Part shown: in pieces, positions 1 to 7,942 of the stretch | How the letters are laid out: every line of letters starts with the position of its first letter | Numbering within the stretch: the first letter of the stretch is position 1 | NCBI GenBank assembly: GCA_017620205.1 | Contig: JAFZQX010000037.1 | Span: 31,681 to 95,680, forward strand | Direction of reading: 5' to 3' | Length of the DNA: 64,000 bases | Source: Clostridia bacterium | GTDB lineage: Bacteria > Bacillota > Clostridia > UMGS1883 > UMGS1540 | Translations under genes and position numbers: made by a program | Notes under the pieces: model-generated | Databases searched by the model: none | What the model saw: only the letters and a program-made list of their open reading frames with translations | What the model was told of the DNA's origin: nothing

Positions 1-1750
1 ACGTATTACGGTGAGCCCATACTATGGCGCTGCGTTGATATTGACAAAAACGGCCCTTTAATGCTCTCCGATAAAATAATTTGCTTAAAAGCGTTTGACG
101 CTTCGGGGGACAACACAAGCGGATCTCACAGCAGAAGCTATAATGAAGGTTTTTACAGACGGGAGTATGGCTCAAACTACTGGGCAGACAGTAATATACG
201 CAGTTGGCTTAATTCAACCGATTCTGAAGGAAACGTAAACTGGGCTTGCGGCAATCCTCCGGATGACGACCATGTCTGGAAAGGATATAATGACTATGCT
301 TCCGAGGCCGGCTTTTTAACAAACTTTACAAGAGGCGAATTATATGCCATAAAGCAGGTAACTCAAAAATCTATCCTTGATGACTATGAGTATTCGGAAA
401 CTGCCAATCCTGATCATCATATATATAACAGCGATATAAACGATGTGCTTCAAAACTATGACACGGCTTTTTCCGAGAAGGTAACGGATATGATGTTCCT
501 GCCGGATGTAAAGCAGATAAACGCTGTATATAATAACAGCGAAATACTTGGAGACGGTTATTATATAGGCGAGCCAACGGCTCAATGCGTTGCCAACTCC
601 GAATATACAGATTCGAGTCTCGGAAACGGAAATAAATGGTGTTCATGGCTTCGCACCCCGGGCACGGAAGGCGCAGGGACTGCCGGCCGCTATGTGGATT
701 ATAACGGCACAGTCATAAGCCATGGTTATTACAGTACCGACTGGATCGGCTGCAACGGTATCCGTCCCGCTTTTTATTTAAACATTGAAACAGCAAGTGT
801 TATAAGCGGTTCGGGAACGGAAGACGATCCCTATGTTGTCAATGCTGTTTTTGCAAACTGGAAGCAGAGTGTGATAAACGTAGGAGAATATCTGCAAATG
901 GGCACATATTACGGCGAGCCGATACTTTGGCGCTGCGTTGATATTGACGAGAACGGACCTTTAATGCTCTCCGATAAAATAATATGCCTTAAAGTTTTTG
1001 ACGCTTCGGGTACTAACACAAGCGGCAGTCATGGGAGAGGATATTACATATATGATGTGCAAGGCTTTTTCAGGCAGAAACACGGCTCTAACTACTGGGC
1101 GGACAGCAATATGCGCTGCTGGCTGAATTCTCTGTCTTCCGCAGGAAACGTAAACTGGGCTTGCGGCAACCCGCCGGACAGAGAACATGTATCGTACAAA
1201 GCTTATGATAACGAAGCGGGCTTTCTGACAAACTTTTCAAAAGGCGAGTTAAATTCAATAAAGCAGGTAACGCAGAAATCTCTGGTTGACGGCTATGAAT
1301 ATTCGGATTCTTCAAATACAATAAATCCGGACTATTATAGATTGGAACATGAAATAGATAATGTAGTACAAAATTATGACACGGCTTTCTCGGAGCAGGT
1401 AACGGATATTATGTTTCTGCCGGATGTAAAGCAGATAAACGCTGTTTATAACAACAGAAGTGTTTTGGGAGATGATTATTACTTAGGCGAGCCAACGGCT
1501 CAGTGCGTTGCAAATTCGATATATACAAACATATCCTTTGCGGCCGGGGGAAAATGGGAAACATGGCTTCGCTCCGCTGACGCAGACTACTGTTTTAACG
1601 TCTGCTTTGTCGACTATTTCGGCTGGGTCTACAGTACCATTGCAGATGACGGAAGCAGAGGCGTCCGCCCCGCGTTTTATTTAAATCCTGAAACAGCGGT
1701 TTTCACAAACGGCGGGGGAACGGAGGAAAACCCTTACACGGTTTCTGCGG
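1..1750 (+). repeat. In-frame tandem duplication with a 903-bp period (unit A 1-903, unit B 904-~1750). It may continue upstream of the window.
   Basis: Nt 1-110 and 904-1013 are near-identical (acgtattacggtgagccc... vs acatattacggcgagccg...). The protein units align along their whole length. Confidence 0.85.
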
Positions 1751-2064
1751 AAACATCTAATTGGAACGAAGGTATTTCGGCTGAAATCAAAGAGATTCAA
1801 GAGGAAGATGAAAGCCTTATTGTAACGGCGGAAATTGAAAGCTTTTTAGAAAACGCGGAGAACGCGCTTTGCTTTTTTGCGGCGTATGACGAAAACGGAA
1901 AGCTTATCTGTGTTTACTGCAAAGATGTGCCTCTCAAAGTGTTTGGCAGGGCGGAAAGCTTAAAGCTTATCGCGCCTTTAAATACTGCTTCATATAAGCT
2001 TATGCTTTGGAACAATGACATGCAGACGTTATTACAAAAGCCGATCTCCGGCGAAATTAAATAA
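1..2064 (+). CDS. Secreted/surface repeat protein, 5'-truncated by the window edge. It has two tandem ~301-aa DUF6273-like modules plus a C-terminal tail domain.
   Basis: Frame 1 is open from base 1. TYYGEPILWRCVDIDKNGPL precedes the track ATG at 61 and recurs at nt 904. The stop is TAA at 2062-2064, followed by a hairpin terminator. Each unit ends in WLR[ST]...G[IV]RPAFYLN, which I associate from memory with DUF6273-type modules. Confidence 0.7.
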   Translation, partial: TYYGEPILWRCVDIDKNGPLMLSDKIICLKAFDASGDNTSGSHSRSYNEGFYRREYGSNYWADSNIRSWLNSTDSEGNVNWACGNPPDDDHVWKGYNDYASEAGFLTNFTRGELYAIKQVTQKSILDDYEYSETANPDHHIYNSDINDVLQNYDTAFSEKVTDMMFLPDVKQINAVYNNSEILGDGYYIGEPTAQCVANSEYTDSSLGNGNKWCSWLRTPGTEGAGTAGRYVDYNGTVISHGYYSTDWIGCNGIRPAFYLNIETASVISGSGTEDDPYVVNAVFANWKQSVINVGEYLQMGTYYGEPILWRCVDIDENGPLMLSDKIICLKVFDASGTNTSGSHGRGYYIYDVQGFFRQKHGSNYWADSNMRCWLNSLSSAGNVNWACGNPPDREHVSYKAYDNEAGFLTNFSKGELNSIKQVTQKSLVDGYEYSDSSNTINPDYYRLEHEIDNVVQNYDTAFSEQVTDIMFLPDVKQINAVYNNRSVLGDDYYLGEPTAQCVANSIYTNISFAAGGKWETWLRSADADYCFNVCFVDYFGWVYSTIADDGSRGVRPAFYLNPETAVFTNGGGTEENPYTVSAETSNWNEGISAEIKEIQEEDESLIVTAEIESFLENAENALCFFAAYDENGKLICVYCKDVPLKVFGRAESLKLIAPLNTASYKLMLWNNDMQTLLQKPISGEIK

Positions 2065-2065
2065 C

Positions 2066-2097
2066 AAAAAAATGCGGAGCTTTTGCTCCGCTTTTTC
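2066..2097. terminator. Bidirectional intrinsic terminator between convergent genes
   Basis: The hairpin gcggagc-tttt-gctccgc (2074-2091) is flanked by an A-run upstream and a T-run downstream. Confidence 0.7.
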
Positions 2098-2123
2098 ATT
2101 ATTTCTGCATTCTGCATTATAAT

Positions 2124-4724
2124 TTATCCATTAATCAAACCGTATTTAAGCTTAATTCTCTCAATCTTCTCTATCATCGGTTCCGCTATAAACCACAGGA
2201 AAAACGCAGTTGAGGCGGCGTGAATCATGTCAAACGGAAAGCCCGATATATAAGACGCCAAAATCATGTCCTTATTAGGGTTTGGCTGAAACATAATAAT
2301 TGCCGCGGGGTTCATTATGGCACCGTATATAATTGCCGCGAAAATCCCGAACAGGCAAAGCGAAAGCTTTGTTTTTTTTATTATACCCTTTTTGCAAAGC
2401 ACGCCTGAAAGAAAGCCTATAATGCCGAAAACAAACATCTGCCACGGCGTCCAGGGTCCCTGCCCGAAAACCATGTTTGAGGCAAACGCGGTTACAGCGC
2501 CTACCAAAAAACCGATTTCTGAGCCGAGGCACACGCCCGAAATTATAATAAGCGCCAAAACGGGTTTAAACTGCGGCAGCATGAAAAAAGCCGTTCTGCC
2601 CGTCGCGCCGAGGGCGCATAAAACGCTGATTAAAACTATTTCACGCGCGCCCGGATTTCTGTTTTCAAAAAACAGAGAAAATGGAATAAGTGTTTCAATT
2701 ATTATTAAAAAGCTTATAAAAAGATACTTTCTGTCGCCTAAATGATATACGCCTATATATATTGTAAAAGGCACGGCAAGCAAAAACAAAAGCGCGGCAA
2801 CTATTGTGCTTTTTTTAAGCTTCTGCGTTTTTTGAAACTGACTTTTAGAAACCTTAAATTCCTTTTTTGGAATAAAACAAATAAATGTTATGCTAAGCAG
2901 TATTGCCGCAAAAAGCTGAACTAAGTTTATGTCTATTGAAAGCATTTCTTTTGCCTGAAGTATCAGCAAAAAAACAAAAGAAAAAAAGCTTATAAGTCCA
3001 AGCGCGGTTTTTAAAGGCGCGCGTTTTTTGCGGCTTGTTATTTCCTCTTTTTCAAAAGTAATATTCTTTGAATAATCTTTTTTTTGTGTTTTATTTTCCT
3101 TTATTTCTCCGCCGAAAGCTTTTATAATATCGTCCGCCAAAAGGGCAGAGGGCAAAATGTCTCTTGCCATTCTGTTTGCCGCGGTTGTGTAAAAGCTTTT
3201 GCCCGCGAAAAACAGTTGCGGCGCGTCGGAAGACACTATCGCGCCGTCAAAAAACATGGCGCACCTGTCTGCGTATTCCGCGCAGAAATCAATATCGTGC
3301 GAAACTATAACAATTGTTTTTCCGTCACCTTTAAGCCTACAGAGAATCTCCGCGAATGTCTTTTTAAAGCTTGCGTCAAGCCCTTTTGTAGGCTCGTCTA
3401 AAAGTAATACGTCAGGCGACAATAAAAGCAGCTTCGCAAAAGCCGCCCTTTGCTGCTCGCCGCCCGACAAATCGTACGGGTGGAAGGCTAAAAGGTCTTC
3501 TATGCCGCAAAGAGCACAAACGCTTAAAACGCGCTCCTTTTTCTCTTCTTCCGTTATTTTTTCGTCGCGGAGCATATCCATAAGATCAAGATAAACAGAG
3601 GCTTTGGTAAAAAGCACCTGCGGGTCCTGCGGCAAAATATTAATCTTTAAATTGTTTTCGTTTATAACCTTTCCGCGGTACGGTTTTAAAACGCCGCCAA
3701 TCACCCCGAGCGCCGTCGTTTTACCTACGCCGTTGCCGCCGAGGAGAGCAAAAATTTCGCCTTTTTTAATTTTAGCGGAAAGACCTTTTATTATGTCTTT
3801 ACCGTTTTTTTCGTATCTGAAATGTATATCGCGAAGCTCTATCACCGTTTCGCCGGATTGTCCTTCTGTATGCACGATTTTACTTTCGTCTTTTTCATGC
3901 GTTTTTGCGTATTCGGAAAGCCATGCTTTACCGTCCCTGACAGTTATGGGGGATAATGTCTGCTTATCAAGTGATGCGTGTACTTTTATCGGCGCCGGCA
4001 GTGCCCAAAACATTTCGTGGTCAAAAAGCAGTTTGCCGATATTCTGCGGCGCAGTATCCGCCAAAACCTTACCATCATCCAAAACCCATACTCTGTCTGA
4101 AAGCGGCAGAGCTTCTTCAAGGCGGTGTTCGGATAATATAACTGTTGTGCCTATCTCTTCGTTAATTCTTTTAAGAGTTTTTAAAAACTCGGAAGCGGCT
4201 ATGGGGTCAAGCTGGGAAGTCGGCTCGTCGAGCAGTAAAACCTCAGGCTGCATAACCATAACGGACGCTAAATTAAGTATCTGTTTCTGACCGCCCGAAA
4301 GGTCTGCTGTTTTTTTGTGAAACCAATCCGATATGCCGAAAAATGAAGCCGTTTCGGAAACCCTCAGGCGTATTTCGCTTGTGGGAAAGCCGAGGCTTTC
4401 AAGACCGAAAGCCAGCTCATGCCAAACCTTGTCCGTAACTATTTGGTTTTCTGGGCTTTGCGATACAAAGCCTATTTTAGCAGCTTCATCGCGCGCTTCA
4501 AGTAAAGATATATCTTTATTTTGAAATAAAATACTGCCTTCTTTACTGCCGTGCGGAGAAATGCTCGGCTTTAATAGCCGCAAAAGCGTTGTCTTGCCGC
4601 AGCCCGATTTTCCGCACAACGCTATAAACTCACCTGCGTTTACATTTAGAGTCACAGATGAGAGCGCCGTATTGTCCCTTGCGGGGTATGTAAAGCTTAA
4701 ATCTTTTATGCTGTACGTTTCCAT
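2124..4724 (-). CDS. ECF-type ABC transporter: duplicated ATPase (EcfA-EcfA') fused to a C-terminal multi-TM, S-component-like domain
   Basis: There are two full ABC cassettes: Walker A GKSGCGKTT and GGNGVGKTT, signatures LSGGQKQ and LSGGEQQ, and Walker B LLLDEPT twice. About 300 aa of hydrophobic helices follow. The C-terminal ~170 aa resemble ECF substrate-capture proteins. The start overlaps the ecfT stop by 19 nt. Confidence 0.8.
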   Translation of the reverse strand: METYSIKDLSFTYPARDNTALSSVTLNVNAGEFIALCGKSGCGKTTLLRLLKPSISPHGSKEGSILFQNKDISLLEARDEAAKIGFVSQSPENQIVTDKVWHELAFGLESLGFPTSEIRLRVSETASFFGISDWFHKKTADLSGGQKQILNLASVMVMQPEVLLLDEPTSQLDPIAASEFLKTLKRINEEIGTTVILSEHRLEEALPLSDRVWVLDDGKVLADTAPQNIGKLLFDHEMFWALPAPIKVHASLDKQTLSPITVRDGKAWLSEYAKTHEKDESKIVHTEGQSGETVIELRDIHFRYEKNGKDIIKGLSAKIKKGEIFALLGGNGVGKTTALGVIGGVLKPYRGKVINENNLKINILPQDPQVLFTKASVYLDLMDMLRDEKITEEEKKERVLSVCALCGIEDLLAFHPYDLSGGEQQRAAFAKLLLLSPDVLLLDEPTKGLDASFKKTFAEILCRLKGDGKTIVIVSHDIDFCAEYADRCAMFFDGAIVSSDAPQLFFAGKSFYTTAANRMARDILPSALLADDIIKAFGGEIKENKTQKKDYSKNITFEKEEITSRKKRAPLKTALGLISFFSFVFLLILQAKEMLSIDINLVQLFAAILLSITFICFIPKKEFKVSKSQFQKTQKLKKSTIVAALLFLLAVPFTIYIGVYHLGDRKYLFISFLIIIETLIPFSLFFENRNPGAREIVLISVLCALGATGRTAFFMLPQFKPVLALIIISGVCLGSEIGFLVGAVTAFASNMVFGQGPWTPWQMFVFGIIGFLSGVLCKKGIIKKTKLSLCLFGIFAAIIYGAIMNPAAIIMFQPNPNKDMILASYISGFPFDMIHAASTAFFLWFIAEPMIEKIERIKLKYGLING

Positions 4725-5578
4725 CTTTGTGCCTCCAAAATCTCAACCCCGAGGGGGTATATGCAAAGCAGAAAATATGCTGCAAAAAAACTAAGATTCA
4801 AATACGAAAAGCCCGCGCCGTAAAGCGAGGGTATATATCTGAAAGACATAAAGCCCGCTATTCTGCCTGCCAGAACATACAGCCCCAAAAGCAAAATAAC
4901 AGCAAGAGCTTTTGTGTCTCTTTTGTCAAATTTATAAATGGAAAAAGCGGTTCTGCCGCGCAGTCCGTAGCCGCGGCCTTTCATGCTGTCCGCAGTTTCG
5001 ATAGAGTTTTCAAGTGCCCATGTTGTGGCGGCGGACAAAACGGAAAGACCGTTTTTGGCGCGTGCAAAAATACCGCCGTTTTTACTGCCGCGGCCTATGC
5101 CTTTTTGCGCCGCGGAAATCATGCGGATTTGAGATATAAACCTCGGCACAAATCTGAGCGTCATTGAAAGGAGGAGAGATAGGGAGGGCAGTATTCTCCC
5201 GAAAAGATAAATAAACTTATCGCTTGTCATAATCTCCGTATAGCACGAAAACCAAAGTATAACGGAAGCTATCATAATGCCCGTTGCGAGACCGTATATT
5301 ATTGATTCAAGCGTCAACGGGTTTCCACTCGGAAGATAGCCTAAAACAGTAATGCCCGCGTGGTTAAACGCGGGATTTATAAGCGCCGTTGCCAAAAAAA
5401 CGGGCAGCACAAACAAAAGCTTTTTACCGCTGCCGAGGAAGTAGGTGTAAAGCATACTTCCTATAAGCGAAAAGCCGAGGCACACGGGGTGCATAAACGT
5501 TACTGAAAAGCAAATTACAAATAAAAAATATATGAAATTAACTATAGGGTGAAATGTTTTAAACTCATTCTGTTTCAT
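4706..5578 (-). CDS. ecfT: ECF transporter transmembrane (T) component, EcfT/CbiQ family
   Basis: This polytopic membrane protein sits immediately upstream of the ECF ATPase. I chose the start MKQNEF (ATG at 5578) rather than the track ATG at 5617, and it overlaps the upstream stop by 14 nt. The family call rests on context and general similarity. Confidence 0.7.
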   Translation of the reverse strand: MKQNEFKTFHPIVNFIYFLFVICFSVTFMHPVCLGFSLIGSMLYTYFLGSGKKLLFVLPVFLATALINPAFNHAGITVLGYLPSGNPLTLESIIYGLATGIMIASVILWFSCYTEIMTSDKFIYLFGRILPSLSLLLSMTLRFVPRFISQIRMISAAQKGIGRGSKNGGIFARAKNGLSVLSAATTWALENSIETADSMKGRGYGLRGRTAFSIYKFDKRDTKALAVILLLGLYVLAGRIAGFMSFRYIPSLYGAGFSYLNLSFFAAYFLLCIYPLGVEILEAQRWKRTA

Positions 5579-6365
5579 TTTTTCTACCGTTTTTTGGCTG
5601 TTCTTCGCCGCCAACATCTTTACCTAAATCGCAGGTGTAAACCCATTCTATTTTGTCGCCGGACGATACTTTATACTGTGAGCAGCCGTAGTTTGGAAAC
5701 ACGCCGTTTACTTTATACATCCAGCCGGAAAGATCGCCGCAGTCAAATTCGTATAGGTTTCCTATACCTTCTATATATGCGCTTCCGTACATGGGAGCGT
5801 TTACAAATTCCATGTGTATTTTGTTAAGTTTCATTTCACGCTGTAAAACGTTAAAAACGCTTTCGCCCGGATTGAATTTCACACGTCGTTCCTCATAAAT
5901 TATGCCGTTTTGCGGAACTAAATCAGCTTTTCCGTCACGAAGTGAGGGCATATTGTTTAAAATAGTATCACAGCGCACCGAAAGCGTGCAGTAAGGCTCG
6001 GTTTGCGGTTCGGGCGCAGCTTCTTCGGGCGGGGCGGAAACTGCGGGCGTTTGCGGAACTTCTGCGCTTTGGAGTACGTCGGGCGCATTTTCTTCCGCTT
6101 CCGCAATTGGGTTATCTTCAGACGGAGGCTCTTGCGTTTCCTCCTGCGGTTCGGGCGAGGGGACTTCGGCGTCTTCCGCTGCCGAAGGATACTCTGCCGC
6201 AGGCTCTGAAACATCTGCTTCGCCGGTGTTTAATTCTGTTTTTGTTTCGCTGACGGTGAAATTTTCTTTATTTGCGGTCCGGGGGAGATTATACGCTGCC
6301 AAAAGCACTATAACCGCAAGTAAGGCAAAAACCGAATTGCGAATTAAAACTTTTCTGTTTTTCAT
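5565..6365 (-). CDS. Membrane-anchored DUF4430 (transcobalamin-like C-terminal domain) protein with a Pro/Glu-rich linker
   Basis: It has an N-terminal TM helix (VFALLAVIVLLAAY), a long PE-rich spacer, and a C-terminal module ...GWMYKVNGVFPNYGCSQYKVSSGDKIEWVYT typical of DUF4430. The ATGA start overlaps the upstream gene. Confidence 0.75.
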   Translation of the reverse strand: MKNRKVLIRNSVFALLAVIVLLAAYNLPRTANKENFTVSETKTELNTGEADVSEPAAEYPSAAEDAEVPSPEPQEETQEPPSEDNPIAEAEENAPDVLQSAEVPQTPAVSAPPEEAAPEPQTEPYCTLSVRCDTILNNMPSLRDGKADLVPQNGIIYEERRVKFNPGESVFNVLQREMKLNKIHMEFVNAPMYGSAYIEGIGNLYEFDCGDLSGWMYKVNGVFPNYGCSQYKVSSGDKIEWVYTCDLGKDVGGEEQPKNGRKNETE

Positions 6366-7933
6366 AAAAGATTTGCCTTTCCGAGCATTTTATAAACCAT
6401 TTCCGCGATTTCAGCCCTTGTTACGGCTTCGCGCGGGTTTATGTAAACTACGCTTGTATCAAGTATCTTTTCGCGGCAGCAAAACGCCATATCGTTTTGC
6501 GCCCAATCGGAAATATCGGTATAATCGGGAAACTCAGATAAATAATCCAAAGTGTTATACATAGACATATCGGTGTCCAGTCCGCAAAGCGCTGCGGCGC
6601 GGCAAAGCATAACCGCCGCTTCTTCGCGCGTTATGGTGCCTGAGGGGTTAAACTCCGTTTCCGACACGCCTTTTACTATTCCGTATGAATACGCCGTGCC
6701 GACATAAGGATAAAACCAGTCGGCTGTATTTACGTCCGCAAACGCGTTTGTCTGCTTTTGGGGAAGTGAAAGCGCCGAAACGGTAATTGTCGCAAACTGC
6801 GCGCGCGTCATGGTGCCGGAGGGCTCAAATGCCAAATCCGTCATGCCGTTTATTATGCCGCGCGATGCGAGCGTTTCAACTGCTGTTTGACAATCTAAGC
6901 CTTTAATATCTTCAAACGTCTTACCTTCATATTTTATCACGGAAATTGACACATCGTCAAGCTTTCCCGAAAGGCCTTCGCTTTTTTTAGGTTTGGGCGC
7001 GTCACTCATGTCGAATATCGACGGCTTGTTTTGAGAGAGCCTTTCAGCCGCCGCCAGAGAATAAAGGCACTGCTCTGTTGTCATAAGGCTTGGCGCGTCC
7101 TCGTCCGCCGTATGCGAAAAGCCGCCGTCTTTTTGGAATTTTGTGAGAAAATCGGGAATGGTGCTGCCGTTTTTTATAAAGCGGCTGTCGGTATACGGAA
7201 TGCCGAGTTGGGAGATGCATAAAAGCACCTGCGCCGCGCTCTCGGCATTTTCCGTGCCGAAGCTTTCGTATCCGCCGCTTGATGTTTGCACTGCGGAAAG
7301 GAAGGAGATGCCGCGCTGTATAGCGGAGCTTACATTTTCGTTGTTTTTATAGGGAGCAAAAGCGGTTAAAACCATGGCGGTTACATCAACATCTGGAGTA
7401 TCATTATCTTTTGTAAGCGCAAAACCGCCGTCTGGAAGTTCCAAAGAAAGAATGTAATCTACATAGGTGCTTTTTATTTGGTCGTCTCCGAAACCCGCAC
7501 ACTGCATTGCGATAAGCGCCCATACGGGGCCGTTTATGCCCTGCCATACGGTTTTGTCAAAATCGAGAAGCGGTGCGGTCAAATCGTAACCGCCTATGTT
7601 TTTGGGGTCTGCTCCGATAGATGAAAGCGCAATAACGGCGCGTGAATATTCCGTATATTTCTTGTCATGCAAAACGCCGTTTGCGTCTTTAACCGTGCCC
7701 GTCAGCCGATCTATATAGCCTTTAAAGTATTCTTCGGGCATTTCCCTTCCGCACCGTGCGAGAGAGAATATAGCCCATTCTCCGCCTACAGAGCCGAAAG
7801 AGGGAGCTTGAACATTTGACGATACATATGCTGCCGCACCGTCTGTTAAAGCGGAAATATCTGCGGCGGCTTCCGCAGAGAAGCCGCCGAGAATTATTAG
7901 TAATGAGAGAAAAAGTGATAACGCTTTTTTCAT
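6362..7933 (-). CDS. Secreted alpha/alpha-toroid (prenyltransferase/SQCY-like repeat) protein with C-terminal SLH domains
   Basis: The signal peptide is MKKALSLFLSLLIILGGFSAEAAA. Repeats LPDGGFAL, SSGGYESFG and KDGGFSH are typical of alpha6/alpha6 toroids. The C-terminal SLH repeats include ...ASRGIINGMTDLAFEPSGTMTRAQFA and ...GIVKGVSETEFNPSGTITREEAA. Confidence 0.75.
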   Translation of the reverse strand: MKKALSLFLSLLIILGGFSAEAAADISALTDGAAAYVSSNVQAPSFGSVGGEWAIFSLARCGREMPEEYFKGYIDRLTGTVKDANGVLHDKKYTEYSRAVIALSSIGADPKNIGGYDLTAPLLDFDKTVWQGINGPVWALIAMQCAGFGDDQIKSTYVDYILSLELPDGGFALTKDNDTPDVDVTAMVLTAFAPYKNNENVSSAIQRGISFLSAVQTSSGGYESFGTENAESAAQVLLCISQLGIPYTDSRFIKNGSTIPDFLTKFQKDGGFSHTADEDAPSLMTTEQCLYSLAAAERLSQNKPSIFDMSDAPKPKKSEGLSGKLDDVSISVIKYEGKTFEDIKGLDCQTAVETLASRGIINGMTDLAFEPSGTMTRAQFATITVSALSLPQKQTNAFADVNTADWFYPYVGTAYSYGIVKGVSETEFNPSGTITREEAAVMLCRAAALCGLDTDMSMYNTLDYLSEFPDYTDISDWAQNDMAFCCREKILDTSVVYINPREAVTRAEIAEMVYKMLGKANLL

Positions 7934-7942
7934 TATTTCACC

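Noticed and set aside
3604-4290. Long antisense ORFs inside well-supported genes, such as 3604-4290, 16912-17454, 47025-47672, 54691-55308 and 55445-56044
   Set aside because: They are Ser/Leu/Phe-rich shadow ORFs lying opposite motif-rich genes (ABC ATPase, AddA, FtsY, SigE, SpoIIGA). They have no RBS and no recognisable motifs.
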